From positions 1-64,000 of IMG/VR virus record IMGVR_UViG_3300021142_000007: 64,000 nucleotides of DNA. One strand, given 5' to 3'. How positions within the stretch are numbered: the stretch's first letter is position 1; the number at the start of each line of letters is the position of its first letter. Position numbers and translations under genes: made by a program. Under the pieces are notes generated by a model. It made no database searches. It saw only the letters and a program-made list of their open reading frames with translations, and was not told the DNA's origin. Positions 10,827-20,574 of the stretch are shown piece after piece. Source of the DNA: a virus.

Positions 10827-12119
10827 TTATTCTATATCATTTATACCTAAGTCATCAAAGCTAAAACCATCGCCATCACCTTCATCAGTATCTTTGGTTC
10901 CGAATATTTCATCAAATGAATAACTAGATTTTGGTTGGGTAGCATCTTCTGGACTTCCAACTTCATCAATCTCTTTCATCGCAGAATTAAATTCGTCTTC
11001 TTGAAGACCAGCCTTAACATCGTTAAGTATTTCTTTTACTATCTTTTTACCTTCTTTCGTACCAGCCATTATCTCGCGCATCTTAGCGTTGAATTCTTTT
11101 ACTGGCAAAGCCGCTAATTCAGCATATACATGATGCTTAAGACCAAAGTCATCAGCACCGACAGCTTCGGTAAATCGCTCCCAGAGGCCTGGCCCCATAC
11201 GCATATCCCATGGTTCAGCGGCCAAAAAGTCAGCCTTATTTATTACGTATTCACCTATTCTTTTGTTTTTAGGTAAACCGTGAGCTGATATCAACTCCAT
11301 AACACCCTTAACCAATTCATGGATAAGAACAGGGAAAACCATTGCTTGTGCGTATATCACAGCTTTAGGGTTTGATTCGGTAGGGAACTGAACCCTAACA
11401 ACGCCACCACTAACACCATTTTCCATTTCTGGCATGATATAATACATGTAGTCAGCGGCTGACATCATTTTTGAATACTTATTTGGAAGCCTTGGGTCAA
11501 GTTCCATCAATTCTTCATCAACCATATGAAACATATGGTTTGTTTTTTTAGCAGCACCTTGAATCATGGCGTTCAAAAACCTACGCTTGTAGACTTCATC
11601 TTTTGCATTTACCATTTCTTCGTGATTTTTGAACTGAGTTTCGGTAGTCATCGGCTTAGCATTCTTCTTGGTACCTTCCATGTTAATATGCGGTGTCAAT
11701 TCAGCATGTATCTCAACAACATCTTTGCTCATATCAAATTCTTCACGAATCATTTCTTCAGCCAATTTTTCGAGAGCTTTTTTGTGGTTAGCCTCCAATT
11801 TCATAGCTTCTGTCACCATTGGCATCATTTCTGACATCACCTTACGATTATCGATTGACTCGCTATCGTAAGCTCTTTTAAGTCTATTTACAACTTCGCT
11901 AAAACGCTTACCCATGATTTTTTGCTCAAAGGTTGTTTCGTCACTTTCTGGAAATATAGGGTGAGCACCAAGAGAATGCGAACGATTAATCAAATCCTCT
12001 TCCAATTTTGGATGCATTCTTTCGGTTAATCCTTCTGGATAAACTACGCTTTCATTAAGTCTCTTGCCTTGTTTCGATTTTTTCAAAGCGGCCTCGGCTA
12101 TTTTTCTGTAATCGCTCAT
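10827..12119 (-). CDS. Conserved hypothetical protein, probably virion/head-associated
   Basis: 430 aa; N-terminal RLNE site; LIHELVKG segment. Confidence 0.7.
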   Translation of the reverse strand: MSDYRKIAEAALKKSKQGKRLNESVVYPEGLTERMHPKLEEDLINRSHSLGAHPIFPESDETTFEQKIMGKRFSEVVNRLKRAYDSESIDNRKVMSEMMPMVTEAMKLEANHKKALEKLAEEMIREEFDMSKDVVEIHAELTPHINMEGTKKNAKPMTTETQFKNHEEMVNAKDEVYKRRFLNAMIQGAAKKTNHMFHMVDEELMELDPRLPNKYSKMMSAADYMYYIMPEMENGVSGGVVRVQFPTESNPKAVIYAQAMVFPVLIHELVKGVMELISAHGLPKNKRIGEYVINKADFLAAEPWDMRMGPGLWERFTEAVGADDFGLKHHVYAELAALPVKEFNAKMREIMAGTKEGKKIVKEILNDVKAGLQEDEFNSAMKEIDEVGSPEDATQPKSSYSFDEIFGTKDTDEGDGDGFSFDDLGINDIE

Positions 12120-13114
12120 TTTATGTCTTTTACTTTTATTACTTTAATTACGTTTTCTGTTACTTGTTGTGCTTGTTGCTGTGGTTGTGCTTGTTGCTGT
12201 GATTGTGCTTGTTGCTTGGCCAAATCCTTCAAGTTATTAATCAATTGCGGTAATTGATTTCTTTTTACACCAACCAATTCAGCAAATGCTGCAATAACTT
12301 CTCTTTGAGCAACTGGAGTCTTAATAGTACCAATGATGTTATTTATTCTGCTATTTGATTTGATAACATCCATTAGCTTTTGCGCCTTTGCGTTCATCTC
12401 TTCATCAGACTCAACACCAGTTGGCATAACTTCTTTAAGGCTTCTATGCTTAGAACCAAATAGTCTTTCAGCCACGTGTTTTTTGAACTGAGGAAGATTC
12501 ATATAGCTCTCATCTTCGGTCATATTAGCTTTAGCCAATTCTTCTATTGACTTAAACTTTCTAACCTTTCCGTTTTTCTTGTTTATGATATAGTGCTTAA
12601 ATTCGCTTAGATTAGAAGCCTTTTCTGGTATTGGTTGAATGTCTTGACCCATAGGTGCCGCCATAGCTTCTTTCATCGGTCTTGCTATGGTTTCTTCGAA
12701 GTGGTCCACTGGGTGAATAATATTTTCACCAGATTCATTCAAGTCATCAAAACAATATACACCCATAACAACTTCTCTGTTTGGAGTTATACCTCTAACC
12801 ATTTGATACTTCTTATTAGCTATTTCAAATGGCTTAGATACTTCACCAGTTTCACCATCAACAACATTTGATAAGTACTTTATAGTTTCTTTATCTTGAG
12901 GCTTGATTACTGCTTCTGGTTGTTCAGTCATAGTTGGAAAACCGCCACTAGTACCACTAGTACCGCCACCTTTTGCGGTAACGTTAAGCTTAACTTTTTT
13001 TTGTTGTTGTAGTTTTTTTAACGCATCTAAGTCACCAGTTGGCATCTTTTCTATGTCTTTAAGACCAAGATTTAGGTTTAGTGAGTTATCCTCGTTTATG
13101 TTTTTATTCTTCAT
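12116..13114 (-). CDS. Hypothetical protein, probably virion-associated
   Basis: 332 aa; several xxE sites; Gln-rich C-terminus. Confidence 0.7.
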   Translation of the reverse strand: MKNKNINEDNSLNLNLGLKDIEKMPTGDLDALKKLQQQKKVKLNVTAKGGGTSGTSGGFPTMTEQPEAVIKPQDKETIKYLSNVVDGETGEVSKPFEIANKKYQMVRGITPNREVVMGVYCFDDLNESGENIIHPVDHFEETIARPMKEAMAAPMGQDIQPIPEKASNLSEFKHYIINKKNGKVRKFKSIEELAKANMTEDESYMNLPQFKKHVAERLFGSKHRSLKEVMPTGVESDEEMNAKAQKLMDVIKSNSRINNIIGTIKTPVAQREVIAAFAELVGVKRNQLPQLINNLKDLAKQQAQSQQQAQPQQQAQQVTENVIKVIKVKDIK

Positions 13115-13511
13115 GATATTGTTTATTATAGATTAGTGTTAGGTCTTTTTCATAAAGCTTGTCTGAAACGATTTGTAACGAGTCTCCAAATCTAAAACAT
13201 AGTCTTTTATCTGGATACGCATCATATGCGTTTATGTTCTCCCAAGCCAAGGCTATTACACCATCAACGGCATCCCAAACAGCGAAGGTATCGCTATTTT
13301 GAACCACATCAAGCTTTAGTGATGACTCCAAACGACCAACTTTTTTTATAAATTCGTCATGAGGAGCTTCTGGTCGGCCTGAAGCTGGGAACGTATCCCA
13401 TTCATTACCGTCAATATTTTTGGTCGTATCAGAAAAGATAAACTCATAAAGGTAATTACCTTCATAGTTTTTTCCAATCATATTAACGTATACCAAAAAT
13501 AACTTATCCAT
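13104..13511 (-). CDS. Conserved hypothetical protein
   Basis: 135-aa ORF overlapping both neighbours. Confidence 0.75.
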   Translation of the reverse strand: MDKLFLVYVNMIGKNYEGNYLYEFIFSDTTKNIDGNEWDTFPASGRPEAPHDEFIKKVGRLESSLKLDVVQNSDTFAVWDAVDGVIALAWENINAYDAYPDKRLCFRFGDSLQIVSDKLYEKDLTLIYNKQYHEE

Positions 13512-15130
13512 TACTTACTAGCTTTTGGGTTTGGTTGAACCTTAGGTGTTGGTAAAAATGGCTTATCCTTTCTACTTGGCGTTGCTGGTGCTTCCTTTGG
13601 CTTAGTTGTTGGCTTTACAACTGGTGCAGTTTCGGTATCTCTAAATGTTTCTCTAAGCATATTCTTAATCTTGTTTTTATTTTCAAATATACTATTATTT
13701 TTCGAATTATTCAAGTCCTCTACTATTTTTGATACTGGTTTTCTTGACCACATTCTGCATGACCAATACTTAGGTGTTGTTCTATCCTTGGCTTGAGAAC
13801 ACTTATGTCTCGCTCTGAATGATTTTCTTCTCTCTGGATTATCTCTCTTGATTTCCATGTTAGGGTCACCGAAGTTAACCTTTACAACATTACCAGATTT
13901 ATTTTTAACATAAACCTTGAACTTCTTAACGTCACCTTTAGTAGGCTTACCTAGCTTTACTTCTTTTCCATGATATTCAGCTTCGCTCATAGATATGTTT
14001 TCTACGCTACCGTATTCATCGCTATATCCACCTTGTGTTTCGCCATCATAAACATCCAATTCAGCTTCCAAGAAGTGATATACGTGTTCAATCATTTCTC
14101 TAACCTTAGAAATGTGGTCAATAGCCCAACCATGACCGTTAGCCAATAATCCATCTATTTGTTCGTGATTCATTTCTAGAATTCTACCACTAGCATGATT
14201 AATGGTTTTAAGGTCTTGCCAAAACATGTAGTTATTGGTTTCGCCTTTTGTTTCCATGTTTTCATCAAGCGTACCCTCTATAAAATGATAAACTTGTTCC
14301 ATCGATTCAGCGGCTCTTGCGATGTGGTCCAAAGCCCAAGCATTACCATCTGATAATAAGGTATCAACGTGGTTAAAGCTCATGTGAAGAATTTGACTTG
14401 CATCCTCATGTATCCCTTTCATGTTTGACCAAAACATATAGGTTTGATTTTCATTCATTTGATTTGTTTCTTTTAGGTCCTCTTCTTTAAGACCTTTCCA
14501 AATCTTACCTTTTCTACACTTAACAACAGCACCAGACGCATAAGCAGATGGCCAAACATCATATTTTCTTTTTGCTATGTTTGTGCATCTGTCTTCATCA
14601 AGTATATCGTTTGAACCCTCTTGAAACATATTATTTTTCTTAGGGTCGACAAATAAATTATCCATGTTTTCGTAAATATACAATTCATCCAAGCCTTCTT
14701 CATCAGATGGTTCAGATTCTGGTGTTGGTTCTTTACTAGGTGTTTCATCGCTTTCTGGGGCAACATCTTCATCACCTTGACCAGCTTTCTTGACTTTGCT
14801 TATGATATCTTTTTGGTCTTCAGCATCCATTTCACCAGTATGCGTTGCTGACAATAAAGAGTTAATTGCGAACTTTTCTAGCTCGAAGTCTGGCTGTCCT
14901 TGTTCGTCAGTATATTTTCTTAGGGATTGTCCTAATTTACCTGTAAGTTGTTCTATGAATTTTTTTGGGTCTGATTCTTCATCAGCCTCTACACCAGCAT
15001 CAAATGGCTCGTCATCAAACGGCTTATCATTAGCTGGCGGTGTTTTAGCTTCTGGCTCAGGCATTGGAGCAGCCTCTGGAGCAGCCGCTGGAGTTGGAGC
15101 AGCAGGTTCTGGTGAACCTGCAACTTTCAA
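13511..15130 (-). CDS. Multi-module protein, probably the -1 frameshift extension of 15151-15984
   Basis: Only a TTG start; frame is open through the A10 run; WPSAYASG module, duplicated YMFW module and basic RRKSFRARH module. Confidence 0.75.
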   Translation of the reverse strand: MKVAGSPEPAAPTPAAAPEAAPMPEPEAKTPPANDKPFDDEPFDAGVEADEESDPKKFIEQLTGKLGQSLRKYTDEQGQPDFELEKFAINSLLSATHTGEMDAEDQKDIISKVKKAGQGDEDVAPESDETPSKEPTPESEPSDEEGLDELYIYENMDNLFVDPKKNNMFQEGSNDILDEDRCTNIAKRKYDVWPSAYASGAVVKCRKGKIWKGLKEEDLKETNQMNENQTYMFWSNMKGIHEDASQILHMSFNHVDTLLSDGNAWALDHIARAAESMEQVYHFIEGTLDENMETKGETNNYMFWQDLKTINHASGRILEMNHEQIDGLLANGHGWAIDHISKVREMIEHVYHFLEAELDVYDGETQGGYSDEYGSVENISMSEAEYHGKEVKLGKPTKGDVKKFKVYVKNKSGNVVKVNFGDPNMEIKRDNPERRKSFRARHKCSQAKDRTTPKYWSCRMWSRKPVSKIVEDLNNSKNNSIFENKNKIKNMLRETFRDTETAPVVKPTTKPKEAPATPSRKDKPFLPTPKVQPNPKASK

Positions 15131-15150
15131 CTTATATTTTGTGTCTTCAA

Positions 15151-15984
15151 TTAGACTTTTTTTTTTGAGCTTTCGTTTACGCTATATTCTTTTCCGTCTA
15201 CGTTAAACTTAGACTTACCAGCTTCTTTAGCTTTTTCTAATTCACCAGAAAATTTGTTACCTTCACCTATTTCTTTTTCCATCTTTGAAGCTTCAATCAT
15301 TTCATCGATAGCTTTTTCGTATTCAGTCATGTGTGGTTCTTCTTCCATGTATCCGCATTCAGCCATCCAACCTTCTTCGGTCATAGACTCATCCATACCC
15401 ATTTTCTTCTTAACGTCCATAACGCAAGATTCGTATTTTTCTGAATTTCTACCAACACTAGCTGTGCAAATAGCCCATGGGTTTTTTGCTTTACCTTCTT
15501 CCATCCAAGTCTCTTCCATTGGTCTGTTGTTCTCAAGATTGCCATGACCACTAAAGCCATTACCTTCCATTTGAGAGAATCCACCAGCCATTGGCATAGA
15601 TTCGTTCAATAGGTTATCGTTTAAGAATACATTGATTTCACCTTCGAAGTCATAGGCTTCAGCAAGACTTCTGAACTTAAGATTTAAGTGCTTCAAAGCA
15701 TTTGCATATGAAGGATAAGCTTCAGATTTTTTGTTTTGTAGACCTCCGATATACTTGAAGTCTTCAGCAACCAAATTAGCTGTCTTATCAGCTTTTTTGA
15801 TGTACCATTCGTGGTTTTCTCTTATGATTGCATAAGCTTTTCCATCTGGACCCATCTTGGTTGTTTCAACAACTATCTTAGATTTATTTTCATTGATAGA
15901 TTGTATTCCCATCAATTCTTTCATACGTTCGGTAATCTGGTTACCTTTAAGCCCTAGTGGGTTGATTAATACTTGTTTTTTCAT
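15151..15984 (-). CDS. Putative head-associated protein ending at a slippery A10 site
   Basis: 277 aa; INE/LNE sites; preceded by ATATTTATA. Confidence 0.75.
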   Translation of the reverse strand: MKKQVLINPLGLKGNQITERMKELMGIQSINENKSKIVVETTKMGPDGKAYAIIRENHEWYIKKADKTANLVAEDFKYIGGLQNKKSEAYPSYANALKHLNLKFRSLAEAYDFEGEINVFLNDNLLNESMPMAGGFSQMEGNGFSGHGNLENNRPMEETWMEEGKAKNPWAICTASVGRNSEKYESCVMDVKKKMGMDESMTEEGWMAECGYMEEEPHMTEYEKAIDEMIEASKMEKEIGEGNKFSGELEKAKEAGKSKFNVDGKEYSVNESSKKKV

Positions 15985-16024
15985 CCTAAGTTTTTTTATA
16001 TAAATATAAGCGTTTTATTGAAAA

Positions 16025-16270
16025 TTAATACATATTTGGTGAACCTTGGAATACATTTTGATTATCACCCAATAAGTAACAACCTGTACCTCCACTTATG
16101 CTTCTTACCCAAATCTTTATATTTGTACAGCCAGCTACTTGTACTAGTGTTCCATTAAGAACCATCGTACAACCACTAGCTCCACCATATACTTCGTTAT
16201 AAGTATGTGCGGTGAAGTTTGGTGCATCGGCAGAAACTATTATGCTATGTATGTCGGTTATATTTGCCAT
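16025..16270 (-). CDS. Small beta-rich protein, probably structural
   Basis: Preceded by ATATTTATA; Gly/Thr/Cys-rich. Confidence 0.6.
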   Translation of the reverse strand: MANITDIHSIIVSADAPNFTAHTYNEVYGGASGCTMVLNGTLVQVAGCTNIKIWVRSISGGTGCYLLGDNQNVFQGSPNMY

Positions 16271-16333
16271 GTTTATCTTTTTACCTTATAAATATCGCTT
16301 AAAATAAAAAAAGCACCTATTAGGTGCTTATAT

Positions 16334-17809
16334 TTATTGTTTTGTGTAAAGAATCTTTCGACCCACTCCATTGATTACTTCGATATAAAACTTGTATGGT
16401 AATAACTCGTGTTCTTGTATTCCTAATAGATTATAGTATTTCACATCTGTATCATTGGTTATTGATATGATATCAGAATAAGCATACTGGCCGTCTATAT
16501 CCACTTGCTTTAACCTGTAGTAGTTACTTCCTTGTATCGGCAAACCATCTATAAAAGAATACTCCGTTTGACTTGTTGTAGTACCCATTCCCTTAACAAT
16601 CCCTATGCTTGACCAATTTAACGCAGAATCGGCCCTTTCCACCTCAAATCTATCGTTATCTATCTCTGATGCTGTTACCCAGTATAAAACGTTCTTATTG
16701 CCGTATTTTTGCCCGTAAAATGCCGTTAGCTTAACTGGTAGTTCTGTGGCTATCGATAGCGTTCCAGAACTTGAATAAGCAACGCAAGGCGAATTTGTTG
16801 AAGCTATTCTATAACGATAACCGTTTATTCCATGATTTGCTGGATAAATCTTCAAGGTATCGCCACGAGTTGAATAAGGCGAAGCTATCGTTAAGCTAGA
16901 CCAACTTGACCCTCCATTGGTTGAAACCTGCCAAACAAATGGATAGTTTGCGTGAGCTATAAACCAATAAGTTGCGCCAACATGTACCGCAGTAACACTT
17001 GATGGGTTTATACTAATCGTTGGCATGGAATTTATAACCACCGAAAAGGTATCTGTCTTTGACCATACGCTTGTACAGCCAGCCACTACCGAAACCGTTC
17101 TTGCGTAGTATGTTCCAGACGATGAAATTGTTGTTGATACAGATGTGCTAGTTCCTGATGATGTTGTTTCAATATAAGAGTTAGACGGAAGACTTATAAC
17201 ACTTGAAGTACAAGCTGGTGTAGTATAAGTTGGTGTGGGAGAAGATGGTATTAAACATCCAACCAATTTAATATCATCCAATCTAAATTGAGTTCCGTTG
17301 TTAGTACCTAAACGGAATCTTATTCTTAAATTAGATGTTGCTGGAATGGCTCCTGTTGGTGAAACAAGTGTCCAAACGCTTGTTCCACTACCAGTAGCCA
17401 TTGTGTAAGATAAAGCAGTGTATGTTGTTCCATCAGAACTTGTCTCGATTACCATTTCAGAACCATTAGAAGCTATTGTTGACTTCAGTATCCCAAGACT
17501 CAATGCTAGGTTGGTATAGTTTGTTGTATTTATACCACTTATTTGGACATATATACCTAATGAATTGGTGAAGAATATATTACCACCTCCAGAAGCTCCC
17601 GTATAGGTAGATGATGGACTTGTGGTTCTGACATCGGGTGATGTTGCTGAAGCTGTATAGGTTAAACTAGCGTTGTTTTGCCATCCTGTATATGTTGCAG
17701 CAGAGGTTGTGGCTGCTGGATTTCCACAATTTTCGGTGAATATAGTTGTTTGTGCCATAATAAAGAATGGCATAAGAACTAGGATAAGAATTCGTAAGAC
17801 TTTTTTCAT
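16334..17809 (-). CDS. Secreted Ser/Thr-rich protein with Bacteroidota T9SS-cargo-like C-terminus
   Basis: Signal peptide MKKVLRILILVLMPFFIMAQ; LPVKL...WVTASE...FEVER...YYRLKQVDIDG domain; YNLLG...RKILY tail. Confidence 0.75.
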   Translation of the reverse strand: MKKVLRILILVLMPFFIMAQTTIFTENCGNPAATTSAATYTGWQNNASLTYTASATSPDVRTTSPSSTYTGASGGGNIFFTNSLGIYVQISGINTTNYTNLALSLGILKSTIASNGSEMVIETSSDGTTYTALSYTMATGSGTSVWTLVSPTGAIPATSNLRIRFRLGTNNGTQFRLDDIKLVGCLIPSSPTPTYTTPACTSSVISLPSNSYIETTSSGTSTSVSTTISSSGTYYARTVSVVAGCTSVWSKTDTFSVVINSMPTISINPSSVTAVHVGATYWFIAHANYPFVWQVSTNGGSSWSSLTIASPYSTRGDTLKIYPANHGINGYRYRIASTNSPCVAYSSSGTLSIATELPVKLTAFYGQKYGNKNVLYWVTASEIDNDRFEVERADSALNWSSIGIVKGMGTTTSQTEYSFIDGLPIQGSNYYRLKQVDIDGQYAYSDIISITNDTDVKYYNLLGIQEHELLPYKFYIEVINGVGRKILYTKQ

Positions 17810-17810
17810 T

Positions 17811-18044
17811 TTAAGGTATATTGTTTAATGTGATTGAAATTTTATACTTTGTTTTTTCAGAGTCTTTAACACCAAAAAAAACACCATTACTTTCAATATC
17901 TATTATTGGAGGAGTAATTTCTATATCAGGCATGTTTTTAAGAGCTGTTTCTATTTGTGTGACTAACATATCTGGTATGTCGGTTTCTACTTCAGTAGGT
18001 GTAAAATCTTTAGGGTTGTAGTGTGTTGCTTTGTACTTTTTCAT
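17811..18044 (-). CDS. Hypothetical protein
   Basis: ORF packed between neighbours. Confidence 0.6.
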   Translation of the reverse strand: MKKYKATHYNPKDFTPTEVETDIPDMLVTQIETALKNMPDIEITPPIIDIESNGVFFGVKDSEKTKYKISITLNNIP

Positions 18045-18047
18045 GTT

Positions 18048-19229
18048 TTAATTACTTAATGGTGCGTTTATCTTAGGATGTGATTGATAATTTTCTATCG
18101 TAAAATCATCAATCTCTATTCCTTTTATTAATGATTCAAAATTTTCGGTAAGATTTCCAATTCCACACTCTCCAGATTCGGTAAGCCAAAATTCTGTGTT
18201 GATGTTTAATTTTGGAAGCGGATATGGTTCTCTACCAATTTGTTCTTTTGCTTGTTCTACATGATTAAGATATAAGTGTGTGTCACCCAAGTTTCCGATT
18301 AGTTCGTCTGGAACCATGTTTGTAATCTTTGCAAGTATCTTTAAAAGTAGGCCATAAGAAGCTATATTGAACGGAAGGCCAAGGAATGTATCAACTGAAC
18401 GCTGGCTCCACATTAAAGAAATTGCTCTGGTTGGAATATTCTTTTCATCTAAACATTCTTTGATTTTTTTTCTTCTAACATTTTTAAAACTTTGAATTTC
18501 TTCATAAATTAGCCTTTGTTCATTTTGAGTAAGAGCGTCCATTCTTTCTTTTTCACTCAATTCTCTTGTATAAACTTGAAAACCATAATGGCAAGGTGGC
18601 AAAACGCAAGTATCAACTTCATCTGGATTCCAAGCCGTAACGAGCATCCTACGGTCATCTGGATTTGTTTTTAACTTGGTTATGAGGTTTTGTATTTGGT
18701 CAATGCCATTAAAATGCACACCGCTTGTTCCGTTGTGGTTTTGGTGCTTATTAGAAACCCTTCCACCCCAGTCTCGCCATTGTGCCCCGTATATCCGACC
18801 CAAACTCCCCCACTTAACAGCAAACTCATCATCAGTTTTGATTTTATTGATGAATTCTTCTTGAGTATATGCTCTATTAGAAGAACCATTCATTCCATTA
18901 ATAACAACATCTTCTTTTACATTATCCTTATTAGAGAACCTGTCTCTATTCTTTAGATAATTAGCAAAGGAATCTCCGTCCCAAATATGACAATTGTTAT
19001 CAACCAAGAACTTAATATTTGTGTCTCCTCTTAAAAACCACAACAATTCTACTACTATTGATTTCCAAGCCATTTTTTTAGTGGTCAAAAGTGGAAATCC
19101 TTCTGACATAGAATGTCTTATTTGTCTTCCGAATACTGAAATGGTTCCCCCATTTCTTGTTTCTTTTTTTGTACCGTTATCAAGAATGTCTTGAAGCAGG
19201 TCTGTGTATTTTTTGTCTAAGTTATTCAT
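18048..19229 (-). CDS. thyA: Thymidylate synthase
   Basis: FPLLTTKK, ELLWFLRG, LPPCH, QRSVD..LGLPFN and GDTHLY motifs; start placed at MNNLDKKY. Confidence 0.95.
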   Translation of the reverse strand: MNNLDKKYTDLLQDILDNGTKKETRNGGTISVFGRQIRHSMSEGFPLLTTKKMAWKSIVVELLWFLRGDTNIKFLVDNNCHIWDGDSFANYLKNRDRFSNKDNVKEDVVINGMNGSSNRAYTQEEFINKIKTDDEFAVKWGSLGRIYGAQWRDWGGRVSNKHQNHNGTSGVHFNGIDQIQNLITKLKTNPDDRRMLVTAWNPDEVDTCVLPPCHYGFQVYTRELSEKERMDALTQNEQRLIYEEIQSFKNVRRKKIKECLDEKNIPTRAISLMWSQRSVDTFLGLPFNIASYGLLLKILAKITNMVPDELIGNLGDTHLYLNHVEQAKEQIGREPYPLPKLNINTEFWLTESGECGIGNLTENFESLIKGIEIDDFTIENYQSHPKINAPLSN

Positions 19230-19527
19230 ATAACCATTTATTTGCGAAGGCCTTATTGTTCTTTGTTTCGATTGCAAACCAGTCTTTTGTTGGTATATCG
19301 TCATATCCTATAAAGGTATTTACGTATTCTGTATATGCCTTATCGATAAGGTCTTCGAGGGTAGGTTCTTTAGCGTCTATTTCATACCAGCCCCCACGCA
19401 AAAAGTACGGGCCATTATCAAGTACTTCGTGCGCTTTTTTGCATAAGTGACATTCATTATCTTCGCTTGAATGAACACAAACGATTCTTTCATGTAGAGA
19501 ATCCCATTTTACGTAAACTCTTTCCAT
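19222..19527 (-). CDS. Hypothetical protein
   Basis: Overlapping ORF in the operon. Confidence 0.6.
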   Translation of the reverse strand: MERVYVKWDSLHERIVCVHSSEDNECHLCKKAHEVLDNGPYFLRGGWYEIDAKEPTLEDLIDKAYTEYVNTFIGYDDIPTKDWFAIETKNNKAFANKWLYE

Positions 19528-19781
19528 TAGTATTTTTTTAACATCGGGTATTCGGTTATTATAACATGCTTTTTGCTGGTCTTATAAACCTCATCTAACA
19601 CGGTAGCAAGCAAATCTTCTTTATTGCTTTTACTATAAGATATCCAATTTGTATCACCAAACCCAACGGGTATACTCCTACCAAGTGTTTTCCAACCAAA
19701 AAGAGTTTTTTTCTGGATAGTATATATCGGATTATCTTCACCTATTTGGATAAATCTGATGCTTAGCTTTTTCTTTTTCAT
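19527..19781 (-). CDS. Hypothetical protein
   Basis: IQKKTLFGW segment; packed ORF. Confidence 0.65.
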   Translation of the reverse strand: MKKKKLSIRFIQIGEDNPIYTIQKKTLFGWKTLGRSIPVGFGDTNWISYSKSNKEDLLATVLDEVYKTSKKHVIITEYPMLKKY

Positions 19782-19782
19782 A

Positions 19783-20262
19783 CTATGCTTGCGCTTCTTC
19801 CTCTTTAGGTTCTACTACCTTTGTGTAGTCTTCTATTTTGGTCTTGATAGTTTCAAGACTTGTCTTTTCAAGAGAACCAGTCTTTATGTATTCACCTATT
19901 ACGGTATGCATAGCTTCTATGATAGCTTTTGAGTTAGCAATCAAGATATTTTTTTCTTCGGCAGCTGTTATTTCTGATACTTCATCAAGAATGCCTTTAA
20001 GCACTTCATCGCTAAGCTTATCTAGCTTTTCAAAGTTTGTATATTTCTTTTTGATATAGGTGTTGAAGGTAGTTCCATTGCTGTCAGCAATTTCAAATCT
20101 AGTATAGTCTGTTAGAGATACGCTAGGATACTTGTATTGTCCACCGTTATTGAAGATAACTATCAAGTCGTTAGTTGTTGTGTCAAAGATAGAAGCGCAT
20201 ATAGTTGACGAAGAATACATGGCTTTGATTTTTCCGTTTTTTTCTTGTTTTTTAACAATCAT
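19783..20262 (-). CDS. KTSC-domain protein
   Basis: SSTI...DLIVIFNNGGQYKYPSV...SNGTTFNTYIK pattern. Confidence 0.75.
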   Translation of the reverse strand: MIVKKQEKNGKIKAMYSSSTICASIFDTTTNDLIVIFNNGGQYKYPSVSLTDYTRFEIADSNGTTFNTYIKKKYTNFEKLDKLSDEVLKGILDEVSEITAAEEKNILIANSKAIIEAMHTVIGEYIKTGSLEKTSLETIKTKIEDYTKVVEPKEEEAQA

Positions 20263-20271
20263 TTTGTTTTT

Positions 20272-20481
20272 TTAATTTTGTGTTTTATATGAAGAAATTT
20301 GAGTGAGTTCAAAAACTCTATTATTTTCAATCACATTTTTATTTTCATCTATTAACTGTGTTGTTATTATTAGAAAATTACCAGTTATTTCTAAGCTACA
20401 ATTTTCAAATTTTTGTTTAGCAGTGTGATATGTCTTATTATTAAAGATTATTTCAACACTATTATACTTGATACCAACCAT
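20272..20481 (-). CDS. Hypothetical protein
   Basis: First ORF after TATATTTG promoter near 20500. Confidence 0.6.
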   Translation of the reverse strand: MVGIKYNSVEIIFNNKTYHTAKQKFENCSLEITGNFLIITTQLIDENKNVIENNRVFELTQISSYKTQN

Positions 20482-20574
20482 GATTTACTTTTATACAAAT
20501 ATACAAATATTTATTGAATAAATCAAGTCCTTGCGGATTTAAAAATAATTTCGTAACTTTGTAAAAAACAACGC

